Shown piece after piece: positions 1-11,773 of a stretch of DNA of 64,000 nt. Made by a program: the position numbers and the translations under genes. The notes under the pieces were generated by a model, which worked only from the letters and a program-made list of their open reading frames with translations, ran no database searches and was not told the DNA's origin. Every line of letters starts with the position of its first letter. Position 1 is the stretch's first letter. The DNA is from Paragordius varius (lineage: Eukaryota > Animalia > Nematomorpha): assembly GCA_964247055.1 (NCBI GenBank), contig OZ176058.1, positions 2,232,001 through 2,296,000 on the forward strand, written 5' to 3'.

Positions 1-885
1 TTTTAAAATGATTTTTTAAAAAATATTATTTTATTTTTTTTATAATTTTCAATATTAAAATATTTTATTTATTTTTCATAATTGTTTATTTATATTTATA
101 TATTTTTGAAAACGACATTAAAATAATATTCATTTTTGATATTTTTAGAAAATTTTAAAAACCATTAATTTATTTAAAAAATATTATTTTTTTATAATTT
201 TCACTATTAATATATTTTATTTTTTTATAATTATATACATTATTTTTAAAACGACATTAAAATAATATAATTTGATTAATTATTTAAATTTATTTTAATT
301 TTTTACTTTATATTTAAACTTTAAAATTTTAAAAAATATTTTTTTTTATAATTTTCAATATTAAAATATTTTATTTATTTTTTTAATATTTTACATTATA
401 TTAATATAGATTTAATTCGTTTTTGAAATATTATTTTATAAACTTTAAAAAATATTATTTTTTTTATTTTTTATTTATAATTTTCAATATTAATATATTT
501 TATTTAATTTTCATAATTTTTTACTATTTTTAAAAAAGACTCTAAAAATTTAATTTAAATATAATTCGTTTTTGAAATATTATTTTATAAACTTTAAAAA
601 ATATTATTTTTTTTATTTTCTTTATAATTTTTATAAAATTTTCAATATTAAAATATTTTATTAATTTTTTTTTATTTTTTACATTATTTATAAAACGACA
701 TTAAAATAATTAATTTAATTTAATTAAATTATTTAATAAATTTTAAAAAATATTCAGTTTTTTAAAACGACATTATAATAATATAATTTTCAATATTAAA
801 ATATTTTATTAATTTTTTTTTTTACTATTTTGAAATATAATTTAATTATTTTTAAAAAATTTAAATTAATTTTAATTTTTATTTA
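1..885. repeat. Degenerate AT-rich intronic tandem repeat
   Basis: AAAACGACATTAAAATAAT recurs at about 110, 248, 692 and 764, and ATAATTTTCAATATTAAAATATTTT recurs several times. Confidence 0.7.
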
Positions 886-892
886 CCTTTAG

Positions 893-3800
893 ATTTTAAT
901 ATCACAATCAGGTGATCAGCATTCAAAACCAAGTGAAGAACAACCCGAAAATATTTTTATACCTGAAAAAGATATAATGTGGCAACTTATTGAGTTTTTA
1001 TACGCGGCCCGCATGGAAAAAATGTAAAATTAATTTATAAAATTTAAAAAATTTATAAATTTTTTTTAAGAAATTAAACTTTTAAAATGTTTTTATATAA
1101 AAATAAACTTTTAAAAAGTTTTTAATATTAAAATTATCGAAAAATACAAAAAAAGGTTATTAAAATAATTTTAAAATTAAAAAAAATTTACTCACTTTTT
1201 TAAAATAAAAGCTGACCCGAAAAAGATATAATGTGGCAACTTATTGAGTTTTTATACGCGGCCCGCATGGAAAAAATGTAATTTTTTCATAAAATTTAAA
1301 TTTTTTTATTTTTTAATTTTAGAAATTAAACTTTTAAAATGTTTTTAATAGTTAAATTTTTGAAAAATATTAGGATTATTAAAAATGGTAAAAAAAGTGT
1401 TTTAAGTAATAAAATTATCGAAAAATACAAAAAAAGGTTATTAAAATAATTTTAAAATTAAAAAAAATATACGCACTTTTTTAAAATAAAAGCTAAAATA
1501 TAGCAGTAAAAGGCACATATTTGTTAATTAAAAATGAAAATATTTTTATACCCGAAAAAGATATAATGTGGCAACTCATTGAGTTTTTATACGCGGCCCG
1601 CATGGAAAAAATGTAAAATTTTTATAATTAAAAATTATTAAAATTATTTTTTTATTTTTTTAAGAAATTAAACTTTTAAAATGTTTTTAATAATTTAATA
1701 TTTTGAAAAATATAAAAACAAGGTTTTTTACGCCTTTTAATATTGAATTTTTATACGCGGCCCGCATGGAAAAAATGTAAAATTTTAATTAAAATTTAAA
1801 AATTATTTTAATTTAAAATTTATGAAAATTTTTTATTTTTTTAAGAAATTATTCTTTTTTAAAGATACATAAAAATGGTAAAAATTCTTTTTAATAGTAA
1901 AATTTTAAAAAATATAAAAAAGCAATATTAAAATAATTTTAAGATTAAAAAAATATACGCACTTTTTTAAAGCTAAAATATATCAGTAAAAGGCACATAT
2001 TTGTTAAAAATTAAAAATGAAAATATTTTTATACCTGAAAAAGATATAATGTGGCAACTCATTGAGTTTTTATACGCGGCCCGCATGGAAAAAATGTAAA
2101 ATTAATTTATAAAATTAAAAAAATTTATAAAAAAAATTTTTAATTTAAAATTTATAAAAAAAAATTTATTTTTTAAGAAATTATTTTATTCTTTTTTTTG
2201 GAAATAATTATTTTATAAAGAAACATAAAAATGGTAAAAAATTGTGTTTAATATTAAAATTATCGAAAAATACAAAAAAAGGTTATTAAAATAATTTTAA
2301 AATTAAAAAAAATATACGCACTTTTTTAAAATAGAAGATTGGGTTTTTATACGCGGCCCGCATGAAAAAAATGTAAAATAAATTTATTTTTTTTGGAAAT
2401 AATTATTTTTATAAAGAAACATAAAAATGGTAAAAAATTGTGTTTAATATTAAAATTATCGAAAAATACAAAAAAGGGTTTTTTAAAATTAAAAAAAATA
2501 TACGCACTTTTTTAAAATAGAAGATTGGGTTTTTATACGCGGCCCGCATGGAAAAAATGTAAAATTTTTATTTTTAAATTTAATTTATAAAAAGAAATTT
2601 TTTAATTTTTTAAGAAATATAAAATGGTAAAAAATTGTTTTTAATAGTAAAATTTTTAAATAAAATTGAAAAAATTGGGTTAAATATAAATAAAAAAAAT
2701 GATTTATATAGTTTTAAAATAAGTTAAAATAGTTTTAAAAAGTTATAATAGAAGATTGAGTTTTTTTTTATACGCGGCCCGCATGGAAAAAAATGTAAAT
2801 TTTTTTAATTTAAATTTTAATTTATAATAAATTATTATTTTATTTTATGAAGAAATTATATTAAGAAAAAATTCTTTTTTAAAGAAACATAAAAATGGTA
2901 AAAAATTCTTTTTAATAGTTAATAAAATAGAAATTAAAAAATTAAAATAGTTTTAAAATTAAAAAAAAATACACACTTTTTTAAAATAGAAGATTGAGTT
3001 TTTCTGCGCGGCCCGCATGGAAAAAATGTAAATTTTAAATTAATTGTATTAAAAATTATTAAATAATTTTTTAAGAAATAATTTTTTTAAGAAATTAAAC
3101 TTTATAATGTTTTTAATAGTTAATAAAATAGAAATTAAAAAATTAAAATAGTTTTAAAATTAAAAAAAGATATACACTTTTTTAAAATAAAAGATTAAGT
3201 TTTTATTGGAAAACATGTAAAATTATTATAAAATTTGAAAAAATTATTTTTTTAGAAATTAAAAGGATTTAAAAAGCGTAAATTAGGTTTAAAATGTTTA
3301 TAAAAGTTTTACATTATTAAAATATGGTTTAAAAATGTTTTAATATTAAAAACATATTAACAATTTTTTAAAATAGAAGATTAAGTTTTTATATACGGCC
3401 CGCATGGAAAAAATGTAAAATTTTTATAAAATTAAAAAAATTATTTTATTTTTTTATAAGAAATTAAAAGGATTTAAAAAGCGTAAATTTTGTTTAAAAT
3501 GTTTATAATAGTTTTACATTATTAAAATATGGTTTATAATAGTTTTACATTTAATATTAAAACATTTTAAAATCCTAAATTCCTTTTTTTACTTTTTTTA
3601 ACCTCAAAGGAACCATTAAAACATCCTAACTGTAAACGAATTTTAATAAAATAAAGCGTATTTAGGACTGTAATTAAATAAAAGTTTTCAAAAAATTTTC
3701 TCTTTAAAATCCTAAATTTATAAACCTATTTAACGAAAGAAAATTAATTTTAAATAAATAAAGATAGACTGTATTCAAAAAAAAATTCTCAAATTTCAAA

Positions 3801-6800
3801 TTTTTTCACTTTTAAATCATAAACTTTTTTTTTCTTAAAGGAACCATCAAAACATTCTAACTGTTAACGAATTTTAATAAAATAAAGCGGATACATGACT
3901 GTATTCCAAAAAAAATTTCAAATTTTTTTCCCAAAATCGTAAATTCATTTTTTTACCTTTTTAATGAATATATGATAAGAGCTCTTATTCTATTCATTAA
4001 ATAAACCTATTTAACGAAAAATAAATTTTTATGACTGTATTAAAAAAAATTCAAATTTTTTTGTCCAAAATCATAAATTCATCATTTTTTTACTTTTTTA
4101 ACCTCAAAGGAACCATCAAAACATTCTAACTGTAAACGAATTTTGATAAAATAAAGCCGATACATGACTGCATTCAAAAAAACTTTTTCTGATCATTTTT
4201 TAAATAAATTCCTTTTTTTATTCTTTTTTAACTTAGCGCTTTTGCTTTTTAAATTCTTATTAAATATTCCCATTCTATTTAACTAAAGAAAGAAAAATGC
4301 TTGATAAAATAAAGTGAATACATGACTGTATTCAAAAAAAAAGTTCTCAAAAATTCAATTTTTTTATACCTAAATTCATAATTTTTTACTTTTTTTCTCT
4401 CAAAGGAACCATCAAAACATCCTAGCTGGAAACGAAAAATAAATTTTTATGACTGTATTCAAAGCAAAATCTAAAATTTTAAATTTTTTCACTTTTAAAC
4501 CCTAAATTTATAAACTTTTTTAACCTAGCTGGAAACCAATTTTAATGTCAAAATAATTTTTATATTTTCCCAAAATCACTTTAAATTCATTCATTTTTTT
4601 ACTTTTTTAACTTTCGTTTCCAAGGAACCATCAAAATATCTTGGCTGGTGATGACTGTATCCGCGTAGCACGGTTCCGGAGTCGTGAAGAGCTACTCCGG
4701 CATATGTATTATGCCCACGCCCGGGAATATTTACTGTCAAAAACGACAACTGCGGCCTTGAATGGCCAATCTTGGGCTATTTCCTCCCCGAAATCAGGTG
4801 ATCTGCACACCGAAAATTTCCACGAGGGAGAAATTTCTGAAGAGTTTAGTAGAAATATTTCTGGTAGAAAATCAACAACTACTGAGTTTGATAATAATGA
4901 GCAGTTTTTGAGAAATACCTCTATTAAAAGTATATATTTATATATATATATATATACCATTTACAGGTCAAATTCACCCTTGAACAATTCAAATTTACCC
5001 TCAAATAAATAACATGTTTTTTAAGATTAAAAATTTCGTATATACCAATATATTTTTAAAAAATAAAATTTTGTTTTAAATTAAAATAATACTGAAATAA
5101 ATAATTAATTATGGCATAAAGATATATTTTATATTAATAATGAGTTATATTAGTTCGAAAACACATAATTTATTTTTAGGGTGAATTTGAATTGTTCGAG
5201 GGTGAATTTGAATTGTTCAAGGGTGAATTTGAATTGTTCGAGGGTGAATTTGAACTGTAAATGGTATATTTATATATATATATAAATATAGGTATATTTA
5301 TTGTTGCTAATTTCATATTATTGTAGTAGGAAGTATAATTGTTTGTCTTTATGAGTTTTTTAGTTTTGAAATTTTGTCTTTCTATAAATTTATTTTTGGA
5401 TATTATTCTATAATACGAATTTATCGAAGACCTCAAAGTATATATATATATGTATATATATAGTTTAAAAAATAAATTAATTTTTCTTTTTACTGTTTTT
5501 TATAATTTATTTTATAATTATATTGAATTTATTATTTTTTACAATTTTTATAAATTATTCATAATAATTTTACTATTTTTATAATTTTTACCATGTTTTT
5601 AATTTTTTACTTCTATAAATTTTTTCACATTAATTTTAATTCTTTACTTTTCTAATTATTTTCTTATAATTTTTTAATTTTATTTTTATAAATTATTTCA
5701 TAATAATTTTAATTTTTACTTTCATAAATTATTTTCTTTATAAATTTTACTATTTTCATAATTTATTTCAAAATAATTTTACCATTTTTATAATTTTTTT
5801 TATTTTTTACCATTTATAAATTTTTTAATATATTTCATAATAATTCATTTCACAATAATTTTTTATTTTTTACTATTTTTATAATTTATTTCTTAATAAT
5901 TTTTATAAATTTTATAAAGACTTAAACAGTAAAGTTTTAAAAATATTAAAATTTGTCTTTTTTTACTGTTTTTTAATTTATCTCATAATTTTAATTATTT
6001 TTACTATTCTATAATTTATTTTATTTATAAAATTTTTATTAATTTTATAATTATTTATTTTTACTATTTTATAATTTATTTTCTTTATAATTTTTTATTA
6101 AAGACCTTAAAGAGTTTATATATTATATAGTTTGAAAAATAATTTATTTCATAATGATTTTAATTTTTTACTATTTTTATTAATTATTTCATAATAATTT
6201 ATTAAAGACCTCAAAGTATATATATATATTTTAAAAATTAATTAAAATTTTTCTTTTTACTATTTTTATCATTTAATTTTTTTCAATTTTTATAATTTAT
6301 TTCATGATAGTTTGTCTTTTACAATATATTTTTATAATTATTTTCTATATAAACTATTAATTTTTTACTATTTTTATAAATTATTTTTATAATTATTTTT
6401 TTTATAAATTATTAATTTTTTTTTTAATTATATTTTCTAGGAGGTACTCTTAGTAAAAGAAAATACACTTATGATACAAAATCTTTCTTTTTCTTGGCGC
6501 ATTCATTACAATGTGGGGCGGAAGGACACCATTCACGTTTTTTGTTACGAGATAGAGGTATTTATATTGGTTTTTTGGAAATTGATTTTAAATTTAATTA
6601 ATTTTTTGTTTTTAAATGAAAATTAATTAATTTTTAAAAAAAAATTATTTGGGCTTCTTAATTTTTAGTTTTTTATTTTTTTTCAGAAATTTATATATAT
6701 ATATATTTATATATAAATATATATATAACTTTAATTTTTGGTTTTTAATAATATTACTTTAATTTTAAAATATATTTTTTGTTTTTGAAATACAGTTTTA

Positions 6801-6999
6801 GTATTTATAACTTTGTTTTTTTGTTTTTGAAAAACAAAATTTTTTGTTTTTTTTTTGGAAAATTAAATTAGTTTTTGGGTTTTTTTAATTTTTTAAAAAA
6901 TGAAAGTAGTTTTTTTTAATCATTCACGTTTTTTATTACGGGATAGAGTTATTAATTAATATTGGTGAAATCTGAAAAATAAAGTTTTAGATTTTGAAA

Positions 7000-7035
<36 letters not shown>

Positions 7036-10000
7036 CTTTAATTTTTTGTTTTTTTTTAAATAATTTTTATTTAAAATCATTCACGTTTTTTGTTACGAGA
7101 TAGAGGTATTAATATTTGCTTATTGGAAATTGATTTTAATTATAATTAATTATATTTTTTGGGAATTAATAAATTTGAAAAATTTTTATGTTGGGAATTA
7201 ATAAATTTGAAAAATAAAGTTTAGATTTTTTGGGAATATATATTATTACTTTGTTTTTTAAAAAGATAAAAATGGTTTTTAAAATTTGTGATCTTTTGAA
7301 ATAAATTTTTTTATTTTTTTTTGTTAAAATATATATTACTTTAATTTTTTGTTTTTAACACTTAATTTTGTTTTTTATTTTTGGTTTTCTATGAATTTTT
7401 AAAAATGTATCATTAAAATCATTCACGCTTTTTGTTACGAGATAGAGGTATTTATCAATATCAATATGAGTTTTTTTGGGAATTAAATTTATTTTAAGGA
7501 ATTTTTTGGAAAAAAATTGAAGTTTTGAGATTTTTTGGATTTGAAATCTTGAATACATTTTGATATAAAATTTGTTTATATATATATATATATATATATT
7601 AGTTTTTAACATTGTTACTCGATAAAGGTATTAATAATATCAGTATGAGTTTTTTGGGAGGAATTAATTTTAAAAAATTCTTTTTTGGATTTAAAATTTT
7701 GAATAAATTTTGATATATATATATATATAATTGGTTTTATATTATATATTATATATTAGATTTTAACATTGTTACTCGATAGAGGTATTAATGATATCAA
7801 TATGAGTTTTTTGGGGGGGAATTAATTTTAAAAAAATTCTTTTTTGGATTTAAAATTTTGAAAAAATTTTGATTTATAACTTATATATAAATATGTATAT
7901 ATATATATATATATTAGTTTTATATAATATATACTAGTTTTTAACATTGTTACCCGATAGAGGTATTAATAATATCAATATGACTTTTTTGGGAGGAATT
8001 AATTTTAAAAAATTCTTTTTTGGATTTGAAATCTTGAATAAATTTTGATATATATATATATATAATTGGTTTTTTCACTTATATATATATATATATATGT
8101 ATATATAAATTAGTTCGTTTTTTGTTACGAGATAGAGGTATTAATAATATCAATATGAGTTTTTTGCGAGGAATTAATATTCGATCGAAAGATTTTGAAT
8201 TGTTTATTGAGTTTTTTTGGATTTGAAATTTTTATAGTTTTTATATTATTAAATTTATATTTCTTTTAACAAAAAATAAAAACGGTAATTATAATTTCTT
8301 TATTAATTCAAATCATTCACGCTCTTTTTATAACGTGGGGATAGAGGTAAAAAAAAAATTTTGGTTTTTTGGGGTTTTGTGGGTGGGTATTTTAATTTAG
8401 GTAACTTTTTTTGGAGAATCATTGAAAAAAAAAAATTTTTTGCCAATTAATAAAAAATAATTATTTAATTTCCATTTTTTTCTTAAATTATTTTCATTTC
8501 CTTATCAGGCATTAAAATTGCCCCGAATGGCGCGCTGTTAGTAGCTGGTTACAGTCTTAACCAAGCCCTTGCTAATCAAACTAGCCTATTGATAGCTTCG
8601 AATCCGGCCATCGCACCGGTTTTAACCTCAAATCAGCTGACTTCCGCCGGTTTTTCTGAACAACCCGGTTTTCCCGAACAACCCGGGAAAACAGTTATAA
8701 CCCCCTCCGCTTTTAACATTGACAACAACAATAATAATGTAGTTTCTAATTCGGCCGAATATTTGAATGCCAGCTCGTTACTCCTAAACCTTTCTGAAGG
8801 AAGTAAGTTTTAATTAGTTTGTTTAGATTTTAGAAGTTTGAAAGTTTTTTGAAATTTATGAGTTGATCTTTACAATAGTTTATGGTTTAAATTAGGAAAA
8901 AAATGTTAATTATTAAACATTTAAAGTTTATGAGTTATTGTTCTTTACAATAGCGTAAGGTATTAATCAGGGAGAATTCATACTTTGCATTGCAAAAACA
9001 TGTCCATATACAGTCATGTATGTGTAAAATTGACAAACATTCGTTTTTAAATGATTATAATTTTTTTTAACTGTTTTGATGTTTGTTCAACATGCGCATT
9101 TTTAAGCCTTATGTGAAAGACATATCAAACATCAAAACAATTAAAAACAAATTTTAATCATTTAAAAACGAATGTTTGTCAATTCTACCTATACATGACT
9201 GTAAAATCTTGGCATTGATCATTATTAAAAACATTCCTAAATAAGGCTATCCAAAAGAACGGGAAAAAATTGTTACATTTTGTTTCATATTTTGTAGTCT
9301 TGTCTTTGTGAAATCGAATAATAAATTATTTATGAATACCCCTTAAAAAATCTTAAAAATGCGGCCCGCGAAGCCATTTGTGTTAAACACCCCTAGAGTG
9401 TAAATGTATATATAGAAAAAAATGTTAAATTATAAACATTTTTTATTGTTTTTTATTGTTTATCGAAATTTCATATTTGTATTTAAAGTCAAATTATTAT
9501 TTTCTTTAAATTTTCAAATTTTAATAGTAGTAATAACTTTAATTTAACTCAAATCAAATTTTTGAAACTTTATTTCCTTTTTACAGATAACCCTCAATCC
9601 TTAGCAACTCAATCAGCTGATGGTGCTCTCTCATCAGCTGATGGCGGTCCTCAACTTTATATTACTGAAACAGGGGAACTTGTTAATCTTGGTGGCGATA
9701 ATACCATATCAGCTGGTGGCGGCGAATCAGCTGTCATTTATCAGCTAGAGGATGGGACATTCATTACAGCAGCTGCGGATCAATCAGCTGTAGAGCAGCA
9801 ACAATTCAAAATTGAACATGTGGACGACAACCAGCTGATTGCTTCTCAATCCACAGCAGCTGTTTTAGACACATTTGCGCCCCCGTATGAAAGTCGCCCC
9901 TTTTTCCCATCCGTTTCAAGTTTCCGGGTTAGGCGACGAACGCGACACGACCTAGGCGACAGTGTAGGCCATCGATGTCGATATTGTGGTAAAACGCTAG

Positions 10001-11773
10001 CATATGATCGAAGCTTGAAACAGCATATAAAGGCCATGCACCCAAGTGAATGGGCCCGCATAGAACGTGAGCGGATGCGTCGATTTACTTCGGGCTTAGC
10101 GGACCGGCGGACCCGGTTTGACCTTCAAAGTGAACCCGGGTACACGTGTGAATACTGCGGAAAAACGCTAGCATATGATCGTAGCCTCAAACAGCACATC
10201 AAGAATGTCCATCGCAACTTGTTTACAGCTGATGATCAGCAGGGAGGCTATGGCGGCGGGTATGACACTGCCGGTGTAGGGGGATTCAGGTAAATTGATA
10301 TACTAAACTATAATTATTTGAACTTTTATTAGTTCTAATTATTTAAAACTGATTATTTGTAATATCTTATCAAAGTAATTGCTCATAAATATGAGCTTAT
10401 TTACCTTTTGTGTTCATAGTATTTACCCGAGTACATAATCCTAATTTCAATATATTTTAGATCAGCATATACCAATAGTACATTCGATGATAGCATTTTG
10501 CTCGGTGCCACCCAACAACAGCTGACTTCTGACTCATCAGCTGCTGGAAACGTTGATATAGCTGCCCTTTTATCACAAGCCCAGACCCAAAACCAAACGG
10601 AAGGCAATCAGCTGATTGCGTCTTCTGTTGATTCTAACGGGACTACAACAATTTTTGTCGGGCCTGATGGAACATCATATACCCTAAGTACAGAGCAGCA
10701 GCAACAGCTGTCTGAGTCAGCTGGAGGTGAGCAAGGACCTCTTTCCATCACATTCACACAAACAGCTGACGGAAGCATTGCCAACGAAGGTGTATCAGCT
10801 GATGGCATAAATGTAACTTATTTTTTTTATTATGTTTGATATGTTTAATTTGATAGAGTATAAAATGTATTTTTTTTCCCATACGCCATTAATATTTCCC
10901 TCTTTAATTGCTATCTTTCAAATTATCACCATAAATGATATTTAAAGTTTTATTAATGATTCAATTGATTCGTATATTTAACTTTGGAAAATATAGGACT
11001 AATATATGGTTATTTCCCTCTTTAATTGCTATCTTGCATATAAAATTATCATTATAAATGATATTTAAGGTTTTATTAATGATTCAATTGAATCGTATAT
11101 TTAACTTTGGAAATAATAGGACTAATATATGGTGTAATTTTCTATCAAACAGTAGTTTATTATCCCCCAATATTAGTGCCATTTTTACTGTCCATATTTA
11201 AAAACAAAATAATCCCATTTTCTGTAATGACATCGATAGGTACAACTAAACAACCACAATACTTCATCATACGTTTTAACAGCGGGAGGCGATCCAGGTA
11301 TTAGTGGCGGTGGATCAGCTGGTGGCGCTCTAGCCATAAAACGAAGAACACGTTTTGATTTAGCTGGGCCCGGGTTCTTGTGTGATTTTTGTGGGAAAAC
11401 GCTGGCATATGATCGCAGTTTGAAACAACACATAAAAACTATGCATCGGGAGGAATGGGAACGGTTAAAACCGACCCTAATGTCTCGAACGGGTAGAGAT
11501 GGGCGCGGTCTTGCCCGTCGAGGTCCTAAACCGCCCCCTCTCCTTCAAAGTCTCATCTGGAATGCGGGTGCGTCAGCTGCTGGTGAATCAGCTGACGACG
11601 TGACAGCCGACCTGTCGAACGCACAGCAGCAGCAGCAACATATGTTATACATGGATGAAGCGTCGTCATATGGTAATGGCAATCAGCTGTTGCAAATACA
11701 GAGCGCAGACGATTATGGGACCGTATTTAACAATAACGGAAATAACAACTTACAACAAATGTCTTTTTACTGA
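893..11773 (+). CDS. 5'-truncated spliced gene for a C2H2 zinc-finger protein (3 fingers, Q/A/S/G-rich linkers, unassigned N-terminal domain); 811 aa visible
   Basis: Exons 893-1023, 4625-4929, 6441-6557, 8509-8802, 9587-10289, 10461-10812, 11240-11773. Every junction is GT-AG, the phases chain correctly (0/2/1/1/1/2/0), and the 2436 nt form one open frame ending at TGA 11771-11773. Three CxxCGKTLAYDRSLKQHIKxxH fingers. No start codon in the window. Joining of the first three exons to the finger exons rests on phase compatibility only. Confidence 0.8.
1000..3420 (+). repeat. Tandem array of exon 3' end plus 5' splice site (10 intronic copies)
   Basis: TTTTTATACGCGGCCCGCATGGAAAAAAT|GTAA, the true junction at 1023/1024, recurs at about 1216, 1535, 1740, 2016, 2337, 2524, 2754, 2992, 3200 (core deleted) and 3379. 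Confidence 0.95.
3605..4665 (+). repeat. Tandem array of 3' splice site plus exon 5' start (4 intronic copies and fragments)
   Basis: AAG|GAACCATCAAAA(C/T)AT...(T)GACTGTA, the true junction at 4624/4625, recurs at about 3607, 3837, 4105 and 4404. Confidence 0.88.
4953..5266. mobile_element. MITE with long TIRs CCATTTACAG... containing 21-bp subrepeats, TATA/TA-flanked
   Basis: TATA-CCATTTACAGGTCAAATTCACCCTTGAACAATTC ... GAATTGTTCGAGGGTGAATTTGAACTGTAAATGG-TATA. Related copies at about 30144-30407, 54740-55007 and (left end only) 48744. Confidence 0.85.
5480..6430. repeat. Low-complexity degenerate tandem repeat in intron
   Basis: Repeated TTTTACTATTTTTATAATTTATTT words, and AAGAC(C/T)T(C/T)AAAG at about 5427, 5917, 6100 and 6204. 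Confidence 0.6.
6530..8349 (+). repeat. Tandem array of exon 3' end plus AG|GT donor (8 intronic copies)
   Basis: CATTCACGTTTTTTGTTACGAGATAGAG|GTATT, the true junction at 6557/6558, recurs at about 6921, 7078, 7420, 7610, 7767, 7945, 8114 and 8314. Confidence 0.93.
9011..9201. mobile_element. Tc1/mariner-type MITE (TA|CAGTCATGTAT...ATACATGACTG|TA)
   Basis: Perfect terminal inverted repeats, TA on both sides, inverted subterminal arms. Other copies at 55015-55222 and (5'-eroded) about 15960-16134. Confidence 0.88.
10893..11131 (+). repeat. Intronic direct tandem duplication of about 118 bp
   Basis: TATTTCCCTCTTTAATTGCTATCTT...GGACTAATATATGG starts at both 10893 and 11011. Confidence 0.9.

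Noticed and set aside
1003-1013. GCGGCCCGC in the first exon matches a word in hAT-like MITE ends (9361, 31197, 47935)
   Set aside because: The similarity is only 8-9 nt, and the surrounding exon translates as complex protein in phase with the next exon. Treated as coincidence.
1000-3420. CRISPR-like appearance (conserved word of about 30 nt with variable spacers; also at 6530-8349 and 14030-15720)
   Set aside because: The repeats are copies of adjacent exon ends, the spacers are homologous to each other and 100-300 nt long, no cas genes are present, and the context is spliced eukaryotic genes.
4798-4803. Alternative donor GTGATC for the 4625 exon
   Set aside because: It is phase-compatible, but the frame stays open and exon-like in composition to 4929, where GTATAT begins abrupt AT-rich sequence. 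It cannot be excluded without RNA data.
5176-5436. ORF ending in NSPSNNSNSP repeats (also the tail of ORF 4641-5012)
   Set aside because: This is translation of the 21-bp subrepeats in a MITE TIR.
11283-11290. Acceptor at 11281-11282 paired with donor GTGTAT at 10790
   Set aside because: It is frame-compatible, but the 10812/11240 pair has a better donor and keeps both flanking open frames. Left as a possible minor isoform.
9846-11433. Minus-strand ORFs 9846-10061, 10401-10607, 10608-10808 and 11185-11433
   Set aside because: They are antisense shadows of the GC-richer zinc-finger exons, favoured by the palindromic CAGCTG content, and have no independent motifs.
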